A DNA stretch of 64,000 nt from assembly GCA_001773575.1 (NCBI GenBank), contig MEXB01000008.1, positions 2,141 to 66,140 on the forward strand, in the 5' to 3' direction. Source of the DNA: Candidatus Adlerbacteria bacterium RIFOXYC1_FULL_48_26 (GTDB lineage: Bacteria; Patescibacteriota; Minisyncoccia; Phycocordibacterales; SBAW01). The position numbers and the translations under genes were made by a program. Of this stretch, positions 28,061-38,850 are shown one piece after another. The notes beneath the pieces were generated by a model. The model was given only the letters and a program-made list of their open reading frames with translations, was not told the origin of the DNA and searched no databases. The stretch's first letter is position 1; the number at the start of each line of letters is the position of its first letter.

Positions 28061-28357
28061 ATGCATATCCAAGTACCACACAAATTTGGGGCACAAGCAG
28101 CCGTAGAGCGTGTTAAACAAGCGCTTGAACAAGTTAAAGTAAATCCTCAGGTTAAAGACCAGCTCGTTATCGAAAAAGAGGAGTGGGAAGGCAACACCCT
28201 CAACTTTGCATTTACCGGCCAAGGCCAGCACATCAAGGGCACGCTTGTGGTTGAAGAGAAAGAATTTATCGTTGACGCAAAGCTCCCCCTTATGCTCCGC
28301 ATGTTCGAAGGCCGCATTGAAAAGATGATAGGGGAACAGGTAAAACAGATGTTGTAA
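28061..28357 (+). CDS. polyhydroxyalkanoic-acid-system-like small protein
   Basis: VPH..G...A..R, W.G..L.F, KLP...F...IE pattern. Confidence 0.6.
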   Translation: MHIQVPHKFGAQAAVERVKQALEQVKVNPQVKDQLVIEKEEWEGNTLNFAFTGQGQHIKGTLVVEEKEFIVDAKLPLMLRMFEGRIEKMIGEQVKQML

Positions 28358-28433
28358 AAACCAGTTTTTCTGGTATTATATGTGAAATCGCGGGAATCGC
28401 CCGCCTTTTTCATTAAAAAAGAGAAGTAAATTT

Positions 28434-30239
28434 ATGGAAATCCGAAACATCGCAATTATCGCTCACGTGGACCACGGCAAGACTACCTTGACCGACGCTT
28501 TGATGCGTCAGACTGGTGTTGCGGAGGAAGGAGTTTCCATGGACTCAAACGACCTCGAGCGCGAGCGCGGCATTACCATCTACTCAAAGCCTGCCGCAAT
28601 TTTCTATAAAGACGTAAAGATCAACATCGTAGACACACCGGGCCACGCAGACTTCGGTTCTGAAGTGGAGCGCGTGCTCCGCTCTATCGACTCAGTGCTT
28701 CTCGTTGTAGACGCACAGGAAGGCCCAATGCCACAGACTCGTTTCGTATTGAAGAAGTCTCTTGAGCTTGGGTTGAAGCCTATCGTTGTTATCAACAAGA
28801 TCGACAAGCCAGCTGCAGACCCTGCACGTGCAGAAGAGCAGGTACTCGAACTCTTTTTGGAACTTGGTGCCTCAGATGAACAATCTGATTTTCCAGTTAT
28901 GTACGCTATCGGCCGCCAAGGTATCGCAAAGCGCAAATTGACTGATGAGTCGAGCGACCTTACACCACTTTTGGATATGATCTTGGAGAAAGTTCCTGCA
29001 GCAGGAAAGGGCTTGGAAGATAAACCTCTCCGCGCTCAGCCATTTAACCTCGGCTACGACAACTTCCTCGGCCGTTTGGCTGTCGCTCGTGTGTACGAAG
29101 GCAAAATTAAAACAGGTCAGACAGTTACCATCAAAAAACCAACCGGCGAAGTCCGCAGTGGCAAGGTTATAAAGATGTTCAGCTTCAAAGGCTTGCAGAA
29201 AGTTGAAGCAACTGAGGCACAGGCAGGGGATATTGTCCTTATTGCAGGTCTTACTGACATTTTCATCGGAGAAACAATCTGCGACTCAGCAGAGGCTGTG
29301 CCATTGCCAGCAATTGCAATCGACGAGCCTACAATCACCCTTAACTTTTTGGTTAACAACTCACCATTCGCAGGCCGTGAAGGTAAGTTTGTTACAACTC
29401 GTCAGATCCGTGAACGTCTTGAACGCGAACTCGAAGTAAACGTTGGTTTGAAAGTTGATTTCGGCAATGAAGCAGGCGGCGCACAAGGTGGCGGCGATGT
29501 ATTTAAAGTATCTGGCCGCGGCGAATTGCACATCGCAATTCTTTTGGAAAATATGCGCCGTGAAGGGTACGAAATGCAGGTATCTCAACCTCAGGTTATC
29601 TTCCGCGAAATAGATGGGGAGAAACAAGAGCCGTTTGAAGAAGTCGTTATCGACACTCCAAGCGCATACCAAGGTGCAATTATCGAACGTTTGGGTACAC
29701 GCAAGTTCATCATGAAAGATATCAAGATGCACAGCGATACCGTGCGCCTTACGTTCGAAGGCCCAACTCGCGGTTTGCTCGGATACCGCTCTCAATTCGT
29801 TCTTGATACTAAAGGCGAAGGCATTCTCTCGTCTCGTTTCCTTGAATTCCGTCCACACGCAGGTGAAATCGTGAAGCGTGTCGTTGGTTCAATGATCTCA
29901 ATGGCATCAGGCAAAACCCTCGGCTTCTCATTGTGGAGCTTGCAGGACCGCGGCGTGCTTTACATCAAACCAGCTACTGAGGTGTATGAAGGCATGGTTA
30001 TCGGTAACACCTCAAAGGGTGAAGAAATGACCGTAAACCCAACCAAGGGTAAGGCGCTCACAAACATGAGAGCTTCAGGTACTGACGAAGCCATGAACTT
30101 GGTTCCTCCATATGAAATAACGATCGAACGCGGCTTGGAAGTTATGGTTGAAGACGAATATTTGGAAATAACTCCGCTCTCTGTACGTCTACGTAAACAA
30201 GGGCTGACGGAAATGGATCGTACGAAGGCCCGCAGATAA
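28434..30239 (+). CDS. typA: translational GTPase TypA/BipA
   Basis: [28 protein letters not shown]. Confidence 0.96.
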   Translation: MEIRNIAIIAHVDHGKTTLTDALMRQTGVAEEGVSMDSNDLERERGITIYSKPAAIFYKDVKINIVDTPGHADFGSEVERVLRSIDSVLLVVDAQEGPMPQTRFVLKKSLELGLKPIVVINKIDKPAADPARAEEQVLELFLELGASDEQSDFPVMYAIGRQGIAKRKLTDESSDLTPLLDMILEKVPAAGKGLEDKPLRAQPFNLGYDNFLGRLAVARVYEGKIKTGQTVTIKKPTGEVRSGKVIKMFSFKGLQKVEATEAQAGDIVLIAGLTDIFIGETICDSAEAVPLPAIAIDEPTITLNFLVNNSPFAGREGKFVTTRQIRERLERELEVNVGLKVDFGNEAGGAQGGGDVFKVSGRGELHIAILLENMRREGYEMQVSQPQVIFREIDGEKQEPFEEVVIDTPSAYQGAIIERLGTRKFIMKDIKMHSDTVRLTFEGPTRGLLGYRSQFVLDTKGEGILSSRFLEFRPHAGEIVKRVVGSMISMASGKTLGFSLWSLQDRGVLYIKPATEVYEGMVIGNTSKGEEMTVNPTKGKALTNMRASGTDEAMNLVPPYEITIERGLEVMVEDEYLEITPLSVRLRKQGLTEMDRTKARR

Positions 30240-30259
30240 AGTTTGCTATAATAAAATAT

Positions 30260-31708
30260 ATGAAGTTCACAAAAGCGTTTACGCTCGCTCTATTCGTTTT
30301 CTTGTGTGTTCCAGGCCTTGCTTCTGCGCGCACGCTCATTGTTGGTACATCAGGAGATGATGTTACAAACCTTCAGAACGTTCTTATTTCACAAAAATAC
30401 CTCGCTGAAGGAAACAACATAGGATATTTTGGTCCTGCGACACTAGCTGCAGTCAAAAAATTTCAATGCGAGAAAAAAATCGTATGCTCAGGTTCTAGCT
30501 ACGGAGTTGCCGGCCCTCAGACACAAGCCGCCCTCCGCATTCAAAATATAGATACTCCAATTGCTTCGCCACCTAACACCAAGCCGTTGGAATTTGGCGG
30601 ATGGATGCCGTACTGGAGTGAAGACAAAAGCGTTGCTGATGTAACTCCGCACCTCGACCAACTGACAGTAGTTAACCCTTTCACCTACACGATGAAGTCC
30701 GACGGCACCGTTAACGATGCTGCTGGTATGGACAAAGAGCCATGGACTTCGTTTATGGCGGCAGCAAAAGCAAAAGGTGTGCGCGTTATCCCAACAATTA
30801 TGTGGGGTGATGGCGATACCCAACATGCCATTTTGAGCGATGCAAAAAAACGCGTAGCGCTTGAAGATGAAATAGCCAAGTTGGTTAAAGACAATGGGTT
30901 TGATGGAATTGACATCGACTTTGAAGCGCGAAAAGCAGAAACACGAGAATATTTTTCAACCTTTTTGAAAGGACTCTACCAGCGCATGGGAAACAAATGG
31001 GTGTACTGTTCCATCGAGACACGCATGACGCTCGACCATCGCTACGGCATAGGTGTGAAGCCTCCTCCAGAATCGACCGAATATGCTAACGACTTTGTCG
31101 CTATAAACAAATACTGTGACCGCGTTCAAATTATGGCCTACGACCAAGGTTCCATTGACGCGATTTTGAACACGTCACGAGCTCAGCCGTATGTGCCACT
31201 GGCCGACCCGTCGTGGGTGGAAAATGTTGTTACCTTGGCGGCACAAACTATCGATAGAAAGAAAATTATTATCGGCGTGCCAACCTATGGTTATGAATAT
31301 AAGGTTACGTCGTCCGGTTCTGGGTATCAATACAAACTCCAGTGGGCGTTCAACCGAAACTATGCAACACAACTCGCATCGCTTCTTGGTATAACGCCGT
31401 CTCGAAATAGTGCTAACGAGTTGTCGTTTATATACAAATCGACCGCTCAGACTCAAGCACTCTCAGACCAGGCTAGTGTTCCAGGTACTGTTGCTGCAAG
31501 TGGTAACACAGTGCTACCTCCGACCGATGTATACACACAGTTAGCTCTCGCAACGTCAATTCAACCGCCGTTCAACATCGTATGGTGGAGCGACGCTCAA
31601 GCTATTGCCGACAAAGTTGCACTCGCAAAGAAACTTGGCGTCCGCGGCATCGCAGTATTCAAACTGGATGGGTCCGAAGATCCAAACATCTGGAACGTGC
31701 TGAAGTAA
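30260..31708 (+). CDS. secreted GH18 glycosyl hydrolase with N-terminal peptidoglycan-binding domain
   Basis: Signal peptide; DV..LQ..L...GYFGPAT..AV..FQ; DGIDIDFE; IMAYD. Confidence 0.85.
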   Translation: MKFTKAFTLALFVFLCVPGLASARTLIVGTSGDDVTNLQNVLISQKYLAEGNNIGYFGPATLAAVKKFQCEKKIVCSGSSYGVAGPQTQAALRIQNIDTPIASPPNTKPLEFGGWMPYWSEDKSVADVTPHLDQLTVVNPFTYTMKSDGTVNDAAGMDKEPWTSFMAAAKAKGVRVIPTIMWGDGDTQHAILSDAKKRVALEDEIAKLVKDNGFDGIDIDFEARKAETREYFSTFLKGLYQRMGNKWVYCSIETRMTLDHRYGIGVKPPPESTEYANDFVAINKYCDRVQIMAYDQGSIDAILNTSRAQPYVPLADPSWVENVVTLAAQTIDRKKIIIGVPTYGYEYKVTSSGSGYQYKLQWAFNRNYATQLASLLGITPSRNSANELSFIYKSTAQTQALSDQASVPGTVAASGNTVLPPTDVYTQLALATSIQPPFNIVWWSDAQAIADKVALAKKLGVRGIAVFKLDGSEDPNIWNVLK

Positions 31709-31712
31709 TTGT

Positions 31713-31758
31713 TGGGGTCAGACCCCGCAATAACCTAAAATCCGTGTCCTAATATTTT
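31713..31758 (+). repeat. REP-like repeat copy 1
   Basis: tggggtcagacccc plus tail ...aaaatccgtgtcctaatatttt. Confidence 0.75.
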
Positions 31759-31816
31759 AGGAAAAATTTGCAGTCTCTTGAACGATCTCATATGTGGTGA
31801 GTGCCATACTTCCTAA

Positions 31817-32410
31817 ATGGCACGAATGCATCGCATCGATCTCGGAGGATATATCTATCACGTAATTAACCGAGCAAACGCTCGGATACGTATATTTCAT
31901 AACGATTCGGATTACAAAGAATTCGAATATCTACTTACAGAAATTAAAGAAACGTATAACGTACGTATTCTTGCGTATGCATTGATGCCAAATCACTGGC
32001 ATCTTTTACTGTATCCACGGAATGATGGCGATATGTCTAAAGCTCTTCATTGGTTAACTACGTCTCATGCGCGTCGGCATCATATTAAAAACAAAACAAT
32101 TGGAAACGGCCATCTTTACCAAGGACGTTACAAGTCGTTCATTATCAAGGGAGACAAGCATCTTTTAACAGTGCTCAAATATATCGAGAGAAATCCAGCA
32201 CGAGCAAGATTGTGTAATGTTGCAGAGGCGTGGCGATGGGGAAGCGCGTTTAGAAGGGTGTGTGGAACAACTGCAGAGCAGCAGTTGCTTGCAGGATTGC
32301 CCCTTGATCTACCGAAAAATTACCTTGAATGGATTAATACCCCCGAACCTTCCGAAGAATTGAAAGCCATTCGTCATTCTGTAAATATGGGCGTACCATA
32401 TGGTGGGTGA
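31817..32410 (+). mobile_element. REP-associated tyrosine transposase (RAYT, HUH Y1)
   Basis: YHVINR, MPNHWHL (HUH), QGRYKS, YIERNP, WRWGS. Confidence 0.88.
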
Positions 32411-32419
32411 GTTTCTGGT

Positions 32420-32465
32420 AAAATACTAGAACACAGTTTATTTGTTTTTATGGGGTCTGACCCCA
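32420..32465 (-). repeat. REP-like repeat copy 2 (inverted)
   Basis: Reverse complement tggggtcagacccc...aaactgtgttctagtatttt. Confidence 0.75.
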
Positions 32466-32514
32466 ATTCCCCCGGCTGTTCAGAGTGTAATATCTGCCTT
32501 TACTAAGAAATAGG

Positions 32515-32988
32515 TTGTATATGAAAAATAGATTTTATTTTGATCGTTCTCTCACAAATGGAGCTATTATAATTTTAGCCATTGCTTTTACTGCAATGGC
32601 GGGACTCTCTCTTCTTGGAGGTTTTTCAGAACGACCATTCGTGTTTCTGGGAGTTGTTTATTCTATTCTCATTCTCATTTGGTTTGGATTTGCTTACGGG
32701 ATATATATAAATATTGAAGGAAACAGTCTTCAGGTCACACGTTTTTTTATAAAATGCAAGAAAGTTGATTTAGCGAAAGCAATTTCAATACAGCAAAAGC
32801 CAAAATTCGGAGGTTTAATTTATGAAGTCTCCCTGCAATTCCAAGACAATAATGGAAAAATTGATAGTACTGGTCTAATAAACAAACCCGCTCTAAAAGT
32901 AGAGGAATACGAACGACTCGTTAAACTTGTCATTGAAATAAATAAAGATGTAAGTATTGATCCTGATTTACTTAAGAAAGTTTTTTAA
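32515..32988 (+). CDS. AT-rich membrane protein between REP copies
   Basis: Two N-terminal TMs; visibly low GC. Confidence 0.6.
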   Translation: MYMKNRFYFDRSLTNGAIIILAIAFTAMAGLSLLGGFSERPFVFLGVVYSILILIWFGFAYGIYINIEGNSLQVTRFFIKCKKVDLAKAISIQQKPKFGGLIYEVSLQFQDNNGKIDSTGLINKPALKVEEYERLVKLVIEINKDVSIDPDLLKKVF

Positions 32989-33000
32989 TAGAATTGGAAT

Positions 33001-33045
33001 TGGGGTCAGGCACCTCAATACTCTAAAATCTGTGTTCGAGTTTTT
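33001..33045 (+). repeat. REP-like repeat copy 3 (degenerate)
   Basis: tggggtcaggcacc...aaaatctgtgttcgagttttt. Confidence 0.6.
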
Positions 33046-33068
33046 ACAGCACTGTATAATAACCTCAT

Positions 33069-34745
33069 ATGTCCCTCGGCAGTGACCTGCGGAAGCTTGT
33101 GCGTGGAGAAGTTGAAGACTCAAGCGAGGTGCTTGAGCGCTATTCACGCGACGCCAGCCTTTTTTATGTAAAACCGGGTGCGGTGTTTAAAGCAAAAGAC
33201 GCAACAGATCTTGGTATTGCCGTGCGCTATGCGGTGCATCAGAAAGAAATAAGCCCTGACAGCAGGGTTTCTATTACTGCACGCTCTGCCGGTACTGACA
33301 TGTCCGGTGGGCCGCTCAATACATCCATTATCGTGGATATGATGGCGCACTTTGATAAGTTGATTGAGCTTAGTGAATCACCAGACGGCGGATATGCAGT
33401 GGTTGAGCCGGGGATGTACTTCCGCGACTTCGATAAAGAAACTCAAAAGAAAAATCTAGAGCTTCCAAGCTATACAGCCTCACGGCAGATCAACACTGTG
33501 GGCGGTATGGTTGCCAACAACTCAGGCGGAGAGAAGAACCTTAAGTACGGCAAAACCGCACGCTATGTTGAGGAGCTTGATGTGGTGCTTGCCGATGGAC
33601 AGACGCACACACTTAAAAACCTTGAAGGCGATTCATTAAAGCTCAAGCTGCGCGAAGCGGGGCTTGAAGGAGATATATATCGCGGTGTTGCACGAATACT
33701 GTTGTCCCATAAAGATGTTATAGAGAAACATAAACCCACTGTAGAGAAGAATTCTTCAGGATACGCGCTATGGGATATAGGGGATGGTGTTAATTCGCTT
33801 AATCTCGCTCGGCTTATGGTTGGTTCACAGGGCACGCTTGGCATTGTGACAAAAATTAAATTCAAGCTTGTGCGGCCTAAACCATATGCCGCCATGACGG
33901 TCGCATTTCTAGACTCACTTTCAGAGCTTGGAAAGATCGTACCGGAGGTGCTTGAGAAAAAGCCGGACAGCTTTGAGTCTTACGACGACAATACATTTAA
34001 ACTTGCAGTTAAATACTTCCCAGAATTTGCGACGCAGATGAAGGCGGGGATTATTTCGCTTGGTATTTCTTTTTTGCCTGAGCTCTGGATGCTTATAACA
34101 GGCGGTGTTCCAAAGTTGGTACTTATGATTGAGTTCCATGCGGATACTCAAGAAGAGGCACTCAAGAAAGCAGAAGAGCTGGGAGAAGAAATCAAAAAGA
34201 ATAACCCTAAGGTAGGTACTCGTGTGGCTAAAGATGAGAAAGCTGCCCGAAAGTATTGGACTATCCGCCGAGAGAGTTTTAACCTGCTACGCCAGAAAGT
34301 GCGAGGGAAAAGAACCGCGCCTTTTATTGATGACTTTGTTGTGCCACCAAGTACATTGCCTGAATTTTTACCTAAGCTTGAAGCGATTCTAAAACCATAC
34401 GAAAAGAACATGATGTACACGGTTGCGGGCCACGTAGGTGACGGCAATTTCCATATCATTCCATTGGTTGACCCAACGCGTACTGAAACCGCACGCATCA
34501 TTGATGAGCTCTCACACAAAGTGTATGACCTGGTGCTGGAGTATAAGGGCTCTATAAGCGGGGAACACAACGATGGCTTTATCCGTACCCCATACGTCAA
34601 AAAGATGTTCGGTACAGACATGTACGCACTCTTCCTAGAAGTGAAGAAAATCTTCGACCCGCACAACATATTTAACCCAGGTAAAAAGGTAGGCTCTACC
34701 TTCAGCGATGCGCTCTCACACTTAGACCTTCCAAAAGGTAAGTAA
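33069..34745 (+). CDS. FAD-linked oxidase (D-lactate/glycolate dehydrogenase-like)
   Basis: RSAGTDMSG, GGMVANN, GSQGTLG, GHVGDGNFH, SGEHNDG, FDP..IFNPGK. Confidence 0.88.
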   Translation: MSLGSDLRKLVRGEVEDSSEVLERYSRDASLFYVKPGAVFKAKDATDLGIAVRYAVHQKEISPDSRVSITARSAGTDMSGGPLNTSIIVDMMAHFDKLIELSESPDGGYAVVEPGMYFRDFDKETQKKNLELPSYTASRQINTVGGMVANNSGGEKNLKYGKTARYVEELDVVLADGQTHTLKNLEGDSLKLKLREAGLEGDIYRGVARILLSHKDVIEKHKPTVEKNSSGYALWDIGDGVNSLNLARLMVGSQGTLGIVTKIKFKLVRPKPYAAMTVAFLDSLSELGKIVPEVLEKKPDSFESYDDNTFKLAVKYFPEFATQMKAGIISLGISFLPELWMLITGGVPKLVLMIEFHADTQEEALKKAEELGEEIKKNNPKVGTRVAKDEKAARKYWTIRRESFNLLRQKVRGKRTAPFIDDFVVPPSTLPEFLPKLEAILKPYEKNMMYTVAGHVGDGNFHIIPLVDPTRTETARIIDELSHKVYDLVLEYKGSISGEHNDGFIRTPYVKKMFGTDMYALFLEVKKIFDPHNIFNPGKKVGSTFSDALSHLDLPKGK

Positions 34746-34752
34746 AAGAATT

Positions 34753-36234
34753 TTAGACAAACCCAGGGAAGAAGTCGATCTTGATATTGCGGCGATGGAC
34801 GCCAAGTTCGCGGAGTGTCTTTTCAAACGCGACAACCATGCCGTGTGGGCCTGAGAGATAGAAAAGTCGGTCTTTGTAGTCAGGAACTTCGCGTATAAGT
34901 TCCTCTGTCGTTATACGGTCATCGTAGTAGGTTTTTAAACCGATCTTCGCCCCCGCTTCTGCAAACACATCTTTGTACGCCAGCTCATTTTCTGACTTAG
35001 TTGAGTAGAGCAATATCGCATCACGATTTTGATTTGTATCGACCATATATTGGATCATTGAACGGAACGGTGTAACACCAATACCTCCTGCGATAAATGC
35101 CACTTTTTGTTGAGGGTTTTTTGGAAGAGTGAATTCTCCCGCAAGCTGGCCGACGGTAATCTCTTGCCCAGGCTTCATTGCAAGCAGCGCCTTTTTGAAG
35201 GTGCTCGAAGGCTCATATACTTTTATGCCAAGGCGTATATCTTCTTCTGTTGGGGAAGACCCAATCGTGAAATAGCGTCTATTTCCTCGCTGGTCTGGCT
35301 TCTCGTGCCCGAGGGTCCACTCCACATATTGTCCTGCTTTAAATGGAATTGGTTTATTGGTTGCGAATACAAATTCATACACACCCTCTGCTATTTGTTT
35401 GTATTCTTTAAGTGTAAGAACGCGGCGGATTTTTGGGCTCACGATGTATGCGTACACAGTGCCCACAAGAAGTGCTGTTTCAGGAGCGAAATAGAATGGT
35501 CCAATTTGTGTACCAGGGATAAATAAGAATGCGACGATTGCTGCATAGACCATGCGGTGCACACGCGTTACGGGAGAGGTGAGTGGCTCTGTCAGCATAA
35601 TGCTTACAAAGAAGAACAATGAAGAGTGGAGAAGCGTGTCCCACATAGAATCAAGCGGATTGTTCGGCAAGAATTTTATAGCAACCCCAGCAAGCACAAT
35701 AATAGAGAACACCCAGAATTGGTCGAAGCGTTGTACTTTGCGTATGACGAGTAACCCTCCAATAAGTACAAAAGGCAGAAGCGACAGTGTGCCGCCGACC
35801 CACCAGCTGGCATAGGTTCCAAATACAATACCTGTCACCGCTACTGCGAGTGCTGCAGGGTTAAAGATATGTTTTTTATCAATGGCAAGAATGTATTTTG
35901 ATGCCATAGCCAGAACGCCCGCAATAACCAACATTCCTGCGCCCATAAAATCAGTAAACGAGACGGGGTTGAGAATCAGCGTCAAGATAAATGACGTAAT
36001 ATAGACCGACTCTGTGTTTGGCGTAACTTTAAAAATCCATGCAAATGCCTCATTGCTTGCCCAACATGCGGCGACCATCACGAAAAACGAGAATAGAAGT
36101 GCCCAAGGGGTAAAGGAGAAGAAGCCAAAGAAGCTTAAGAAAAATGCAACGGCGATAAGTACTACGAGATGCCACAGCACGAGGCGATACATCGTTATGC
36201 GGTTTAAGAAACTGTCTACAAAAGGGATGTTCAT
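34753..36234 (-). CDS. RnfD/NqrB-like membrane domain fused to an FNR-type FAD/NAD(P)H domain
   Basis: SKY..HIFNPAA, MLTEPLTSP; RYFTIGSSP, AGGIGVTPF, SGP, DFFPG. Confidence 0.85.
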   Translation of the reverse strand: MNIPFVDSFLNRITMYRLVLWHLVVLIAVAFFLSFFGFFSFTPWALLFSFFVMVAACWASNEAFAWIFKVTPNTESVYITSFILTLILNPVSFTDFMGAGMLVIAGVLAMASKYILAIDKKHIFNPAALAVAVTGIVFGTYASWWVGGTLSLLPFVLIGGLLVIRKVQRFDQFWVFSIIVLAGVAIKFLPNNPLDSMWDTLLHSSLFFFVSIMLTEPLTSPVTRVHRMVYAAIVAFLFIPGTQIGPFYFAPETALLVGTVYAYIVSPKIRRVLTLKEYKQIAEGVYEFVFATNKPIPFKAGQYVEWTLGHEKPDQRGNRRYFTIGSSPTEEDIRLGIKVYEPSSTFKKALLAMKPGQEITVGQLAGEFTLPKNPQQKVAFIAGGIGVTPFRSMIQYMVDTNQNRDAILLYSTKSENELAYKDVFAEAGAKIGLKTYYDDRITTEELIREVPDYKDRLFYLSGPHGMVVAFEKTLRELGVHRRNIKIDFFPGFV

Positions 36235-36956
36235 ATATGAGTTAATTCTCCAAAATTACTGGTCATTGTTGCGATGCCGTTCTTATCTATTGAGTATGCC
36301 TCAAAACCGGCTAGGGATTCAATAAATTCTACCCCTTTCTGTCCCATGGCAAATGCGGCGGTTGCGAACCTGTCGGCTTCCAACACGTCTGGGCCTATAA
36401 CGGTAATGCTCACGATCTCGTCCAGGGCTTTGTCGGGGGTGAGGGGATTGTAGATATGGTCGCCACGCTCGTAGGAGCCCGATGTAGCCACACCGCGCCC
36501 GCGCGGATATATAACTTTTATAATTTCTGCTTTGTTGAAGGGGTTACGAATACCTACACTCCATTCTTTGCCTTCAGCGTTTGTGCCACCTGTTTGAATA
36601 TCGCCACCGGCATCAATAAAAAAATTCTGGACACCTTTTTCTTGTAAGAGATCTGCCGCATTTTTAATTGCCCATCCCTTAACGATGCCTGATGGGTCAA
36701 TGGAACCGTCGGGTTTTCTGATATCAAAATAGCCGTTTGTTTCTTCTTTTGTTTTTTCGGCGAGCTCCAGAACTTCTTTCATGTCTTGAGATAAGGCCTC
36801 CGGCATCCGCGACACTTCGCTTTCAGGTTTGTAGGGGCTAAAGCGTTCGTCTACAGAAACGAAATATGAAAACACCGCCTCAAGGATTTCTGGTGAGACG
36901 GTGTCCACTATCTCGACCGTTATGGGAAGACCCATGATCAATCGAGTGTCTTTCAT
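36231..36956 (-). CDS. apbE: FAD:protein FMN transferase
   Basis: GIVKGW, DAGGD, ATSGSYERG.HI, AD..ATA. Confidence 0.9.
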   Translation of the reverse strand: MKDTRLIMGLPITVEIVDTVSPEILEAVFSYFVSVDERFSPYKPESEVSRMPEALSQDMKEVLELAEKTKEETNGYFDIRKPDGSIDPSGIVKGWAIKNAADLLQEKGVQNFFIDAGGDIQTGGTNAEGKEWSVGIRNPFNKAEIIKVIYPRGRGVATSGSYERGDHIYNPLTPDKALDEIVSITVIGPDVLEADRFATAAFAMGQKGVEFIESLAGFEAYSIDKNGIATMTSNFGELTHI

Positions 36957-36960
36957 TAGA

Positions 36961-37452
36961 CTATATCTGCGCTTGCTGAAGCGCTGAAGAGAGTGAGGTA
37001 TTGAAACCTTCGGTGTTCTGAGTTGCGCCAGAAATTATATCAACGTGTGAGCCTTGCTTTGCAATAGCCTCTTTGATCATGACAGGGTACGAGCTTGCGC
37101 CGAGCTCGTCAGTAGTTCCAGGGCCTTCTGGCTTTTGTATTACATCTATCGCAGTTATTTTGCCGCTCGAGATAGTAACTTTTACCTGGACCTGTCCGTA
37201 TGGTGCAGCAGAACCAAGACTGCCTGTGTAGGTGCCGTTTTTGTATTGGCCAGGATCTACATCGCTAGGGGAAGAAGAATCTCCTATACCTGTATCCGTA
37301 CCTGTAGCGCTAGGGTTGTTAGTTGTTTGAGTCGAAGTTGCTTGACCTGTTTGGTCAGTAGGAACAGTCGGTTGTGTTGAGCGTGATGCAGCCCAAAGCG
37401 CGTAACCTCCCAAGAGCACAATAATAATGCCTCCAATAGCAAGTTTCTTCAT
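36961..37452 (-). CDS. membrane-anchored FMN-binding domain protein
   Basis: YKNGTYTG, YG.VQV.VT, flavinylation motif DIISGAT. Confidence 0.88.
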   Translation of the reverse strand: MKKLAIGGIIIVLLGGYALWAASRSTQPTVPTDQTGQATSTQTTNNPSATGTDTGIGDSSSPSDVDPGQYKNGTYTGSLGSAAPYGQVQVKVTISSGKITAIDVIQKPEGPGTTDELGASSYPVMIKEAIAKQGSHVDIISGATQNTEGFNTSLSSALQQAQI

Positions 37453-37479
37453 ATCGAGAAATTGTATCATACTGACGGT

Positions 37480-38616
37480 ATGGAACCGCTCGCCTCAAAA
37501 ATTCGACCCCAAGCTCTAGACGGTTTCTTTGGCCAAGAGCATTTGGTGGGTAAGGGCAAACCCTTACGCGAAGCTATTGAAGGTAAGCACCTCTTCTCCT
37601 TTCTTTTGTGGGGTCCGCCAGGCAGTGGCAAAACAACACTCGCGCGCATCTACGCGAACGCGCTTGATGCAGAGTTCTTTGAACTCTCGGCGGTTGATTC
37701 AGGAAAAGAAGACATTAAACGCGTGCTTGAATCTGGCAAGATAAATTTTTCTGGGAAGCCAAAGGTTTTGTTTATAGATGAAATTCATCGCTTCAATAAA
37801 GCACAGCAGGATTTTCTTCTGCCCTTTGTTGAGCGTGGCGACATTACCTTTATAGGTGCAACAACAGAAAACCCGTCGTTTGAAGTTATACCTGCGCTCC
37901 TTTCTCGCTCTCGTGTCTTTGTATTGAATGAGCATGGAGAGGATGATATGGAGAAGATCATCAAGAGCACAAAACTCAAAGTTCCTAAAGATGCAAAAGA
38001 TTGGCTGGTACAACTTGCGGCAGGGGATGCTAGACAGGCCATAGGAGTGCTTGAGAATACACAGAAACTATACGGAAAGATTACCGTCGAAACTCTAAAA
38101 GAAACGGTTCAGTCAAAACATCTACGCTACGACAAAAAAGGCGAGGAGCATTACAACACCATCTCGGCGTTTATAAAATCTATGCGCGCAAGCCAGGGTG
38201 ACGCCGCGCTCTACTACTTGGCGCGTATGGTAGATGCAGGAGAAGATCCACTTTTTATTGCGCGACGCATGGTTATCTTTGCCAGCGAAGATATTGGGCT
38301 GGCACAACCAACAGCGCTTGTGGTAGCAAACGAAGTATTTCGTGCCTGCGAAACTATTGGGTACCCAGAATGTCAGATTAACTTGGCGCACGGTGTCGCA
38401 TATTTAGCAGAATCTAAAAAGAGCCGTAAGAGCTACGATGCTTATTTCGAAGCGCTTGCTGATGTAAAGAAACACGGCAACCTACCTGTTCCGCTCAAAA
38501 TACGAAACGCTCCAACCAAGCTGATGAAAGACTTGGACTACCACAAGGGGTACAAACTCTACGATAAAGAGAGCTACCTACCCGAAAAACTAAAAGGGAA
38601 GAAGTATTTAAAATAA
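37480..38616 (+). CDS. rarA: replication-associated recombination protein A
   Basis: [33 protein letters not shown]. Confidence 0.95.
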   Translation: MEPLASKIRPQALDGFFGQEHLVGKGKPLREAIEGKHLFSFLLWGPPGSGKTTLARIYANALDAEFFELSAVDSGKEDIKRVLESGKINFSGKPKVLFIDEIHRFNKAQQDFLLPFVERGDITFIGATTENPSFEVIPALLSRSRVFVLNEHGEDDMEKIIKSTKLKVPKDAKDWLVQLAAGDARQAIGVLENTQKLYGKITVETLKETVQSKHLRYDKKGEEHYNTISAFIKSMRASQGDAALYYLARMVDAGEDPLFIARRMVIFASEDIGLAQPTALVVANEVFRACETIGYPECQINLAHGVAYLAESKKSRKSYDAYFEALADVKKHGNLPVPLKIRNAPTKLMKDLDYHKGYKLYDKESYLPEKLKGKKYLK

Positions 38617-38619
38617 AAA

Positions 38620-38818
38620 GAAAAGCCAGCACACAAGGTGCTGGCTGAAGGAAATCCGGTTGCTGGTAAGAGAATATTGATCGGTCGCAAAAACCTTTGA
38701 TTGGGCGGCCATATGAGAGCCATTGCCGAAGCTACACCATTCGCAGATTTTTTTGAGTAAAATCCTTCCTCTCTTCAAGATCCGATGGATCTTCTCTCAC
38801 CGAAGAAGAACCAGCTTC
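38620..38818 (-). ncRNA. candidate structured ncRNA (6S-like)
   Basis: Promoter-like TTGCAT-16-TATTAT, long-range stem, cUUCGg loop, own terminator; no convincing ORF. Confidence 0.4.
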
Positions 38819-38850
38819 CAGAAAAACGATAATAAGATATTTGGTGTAAA

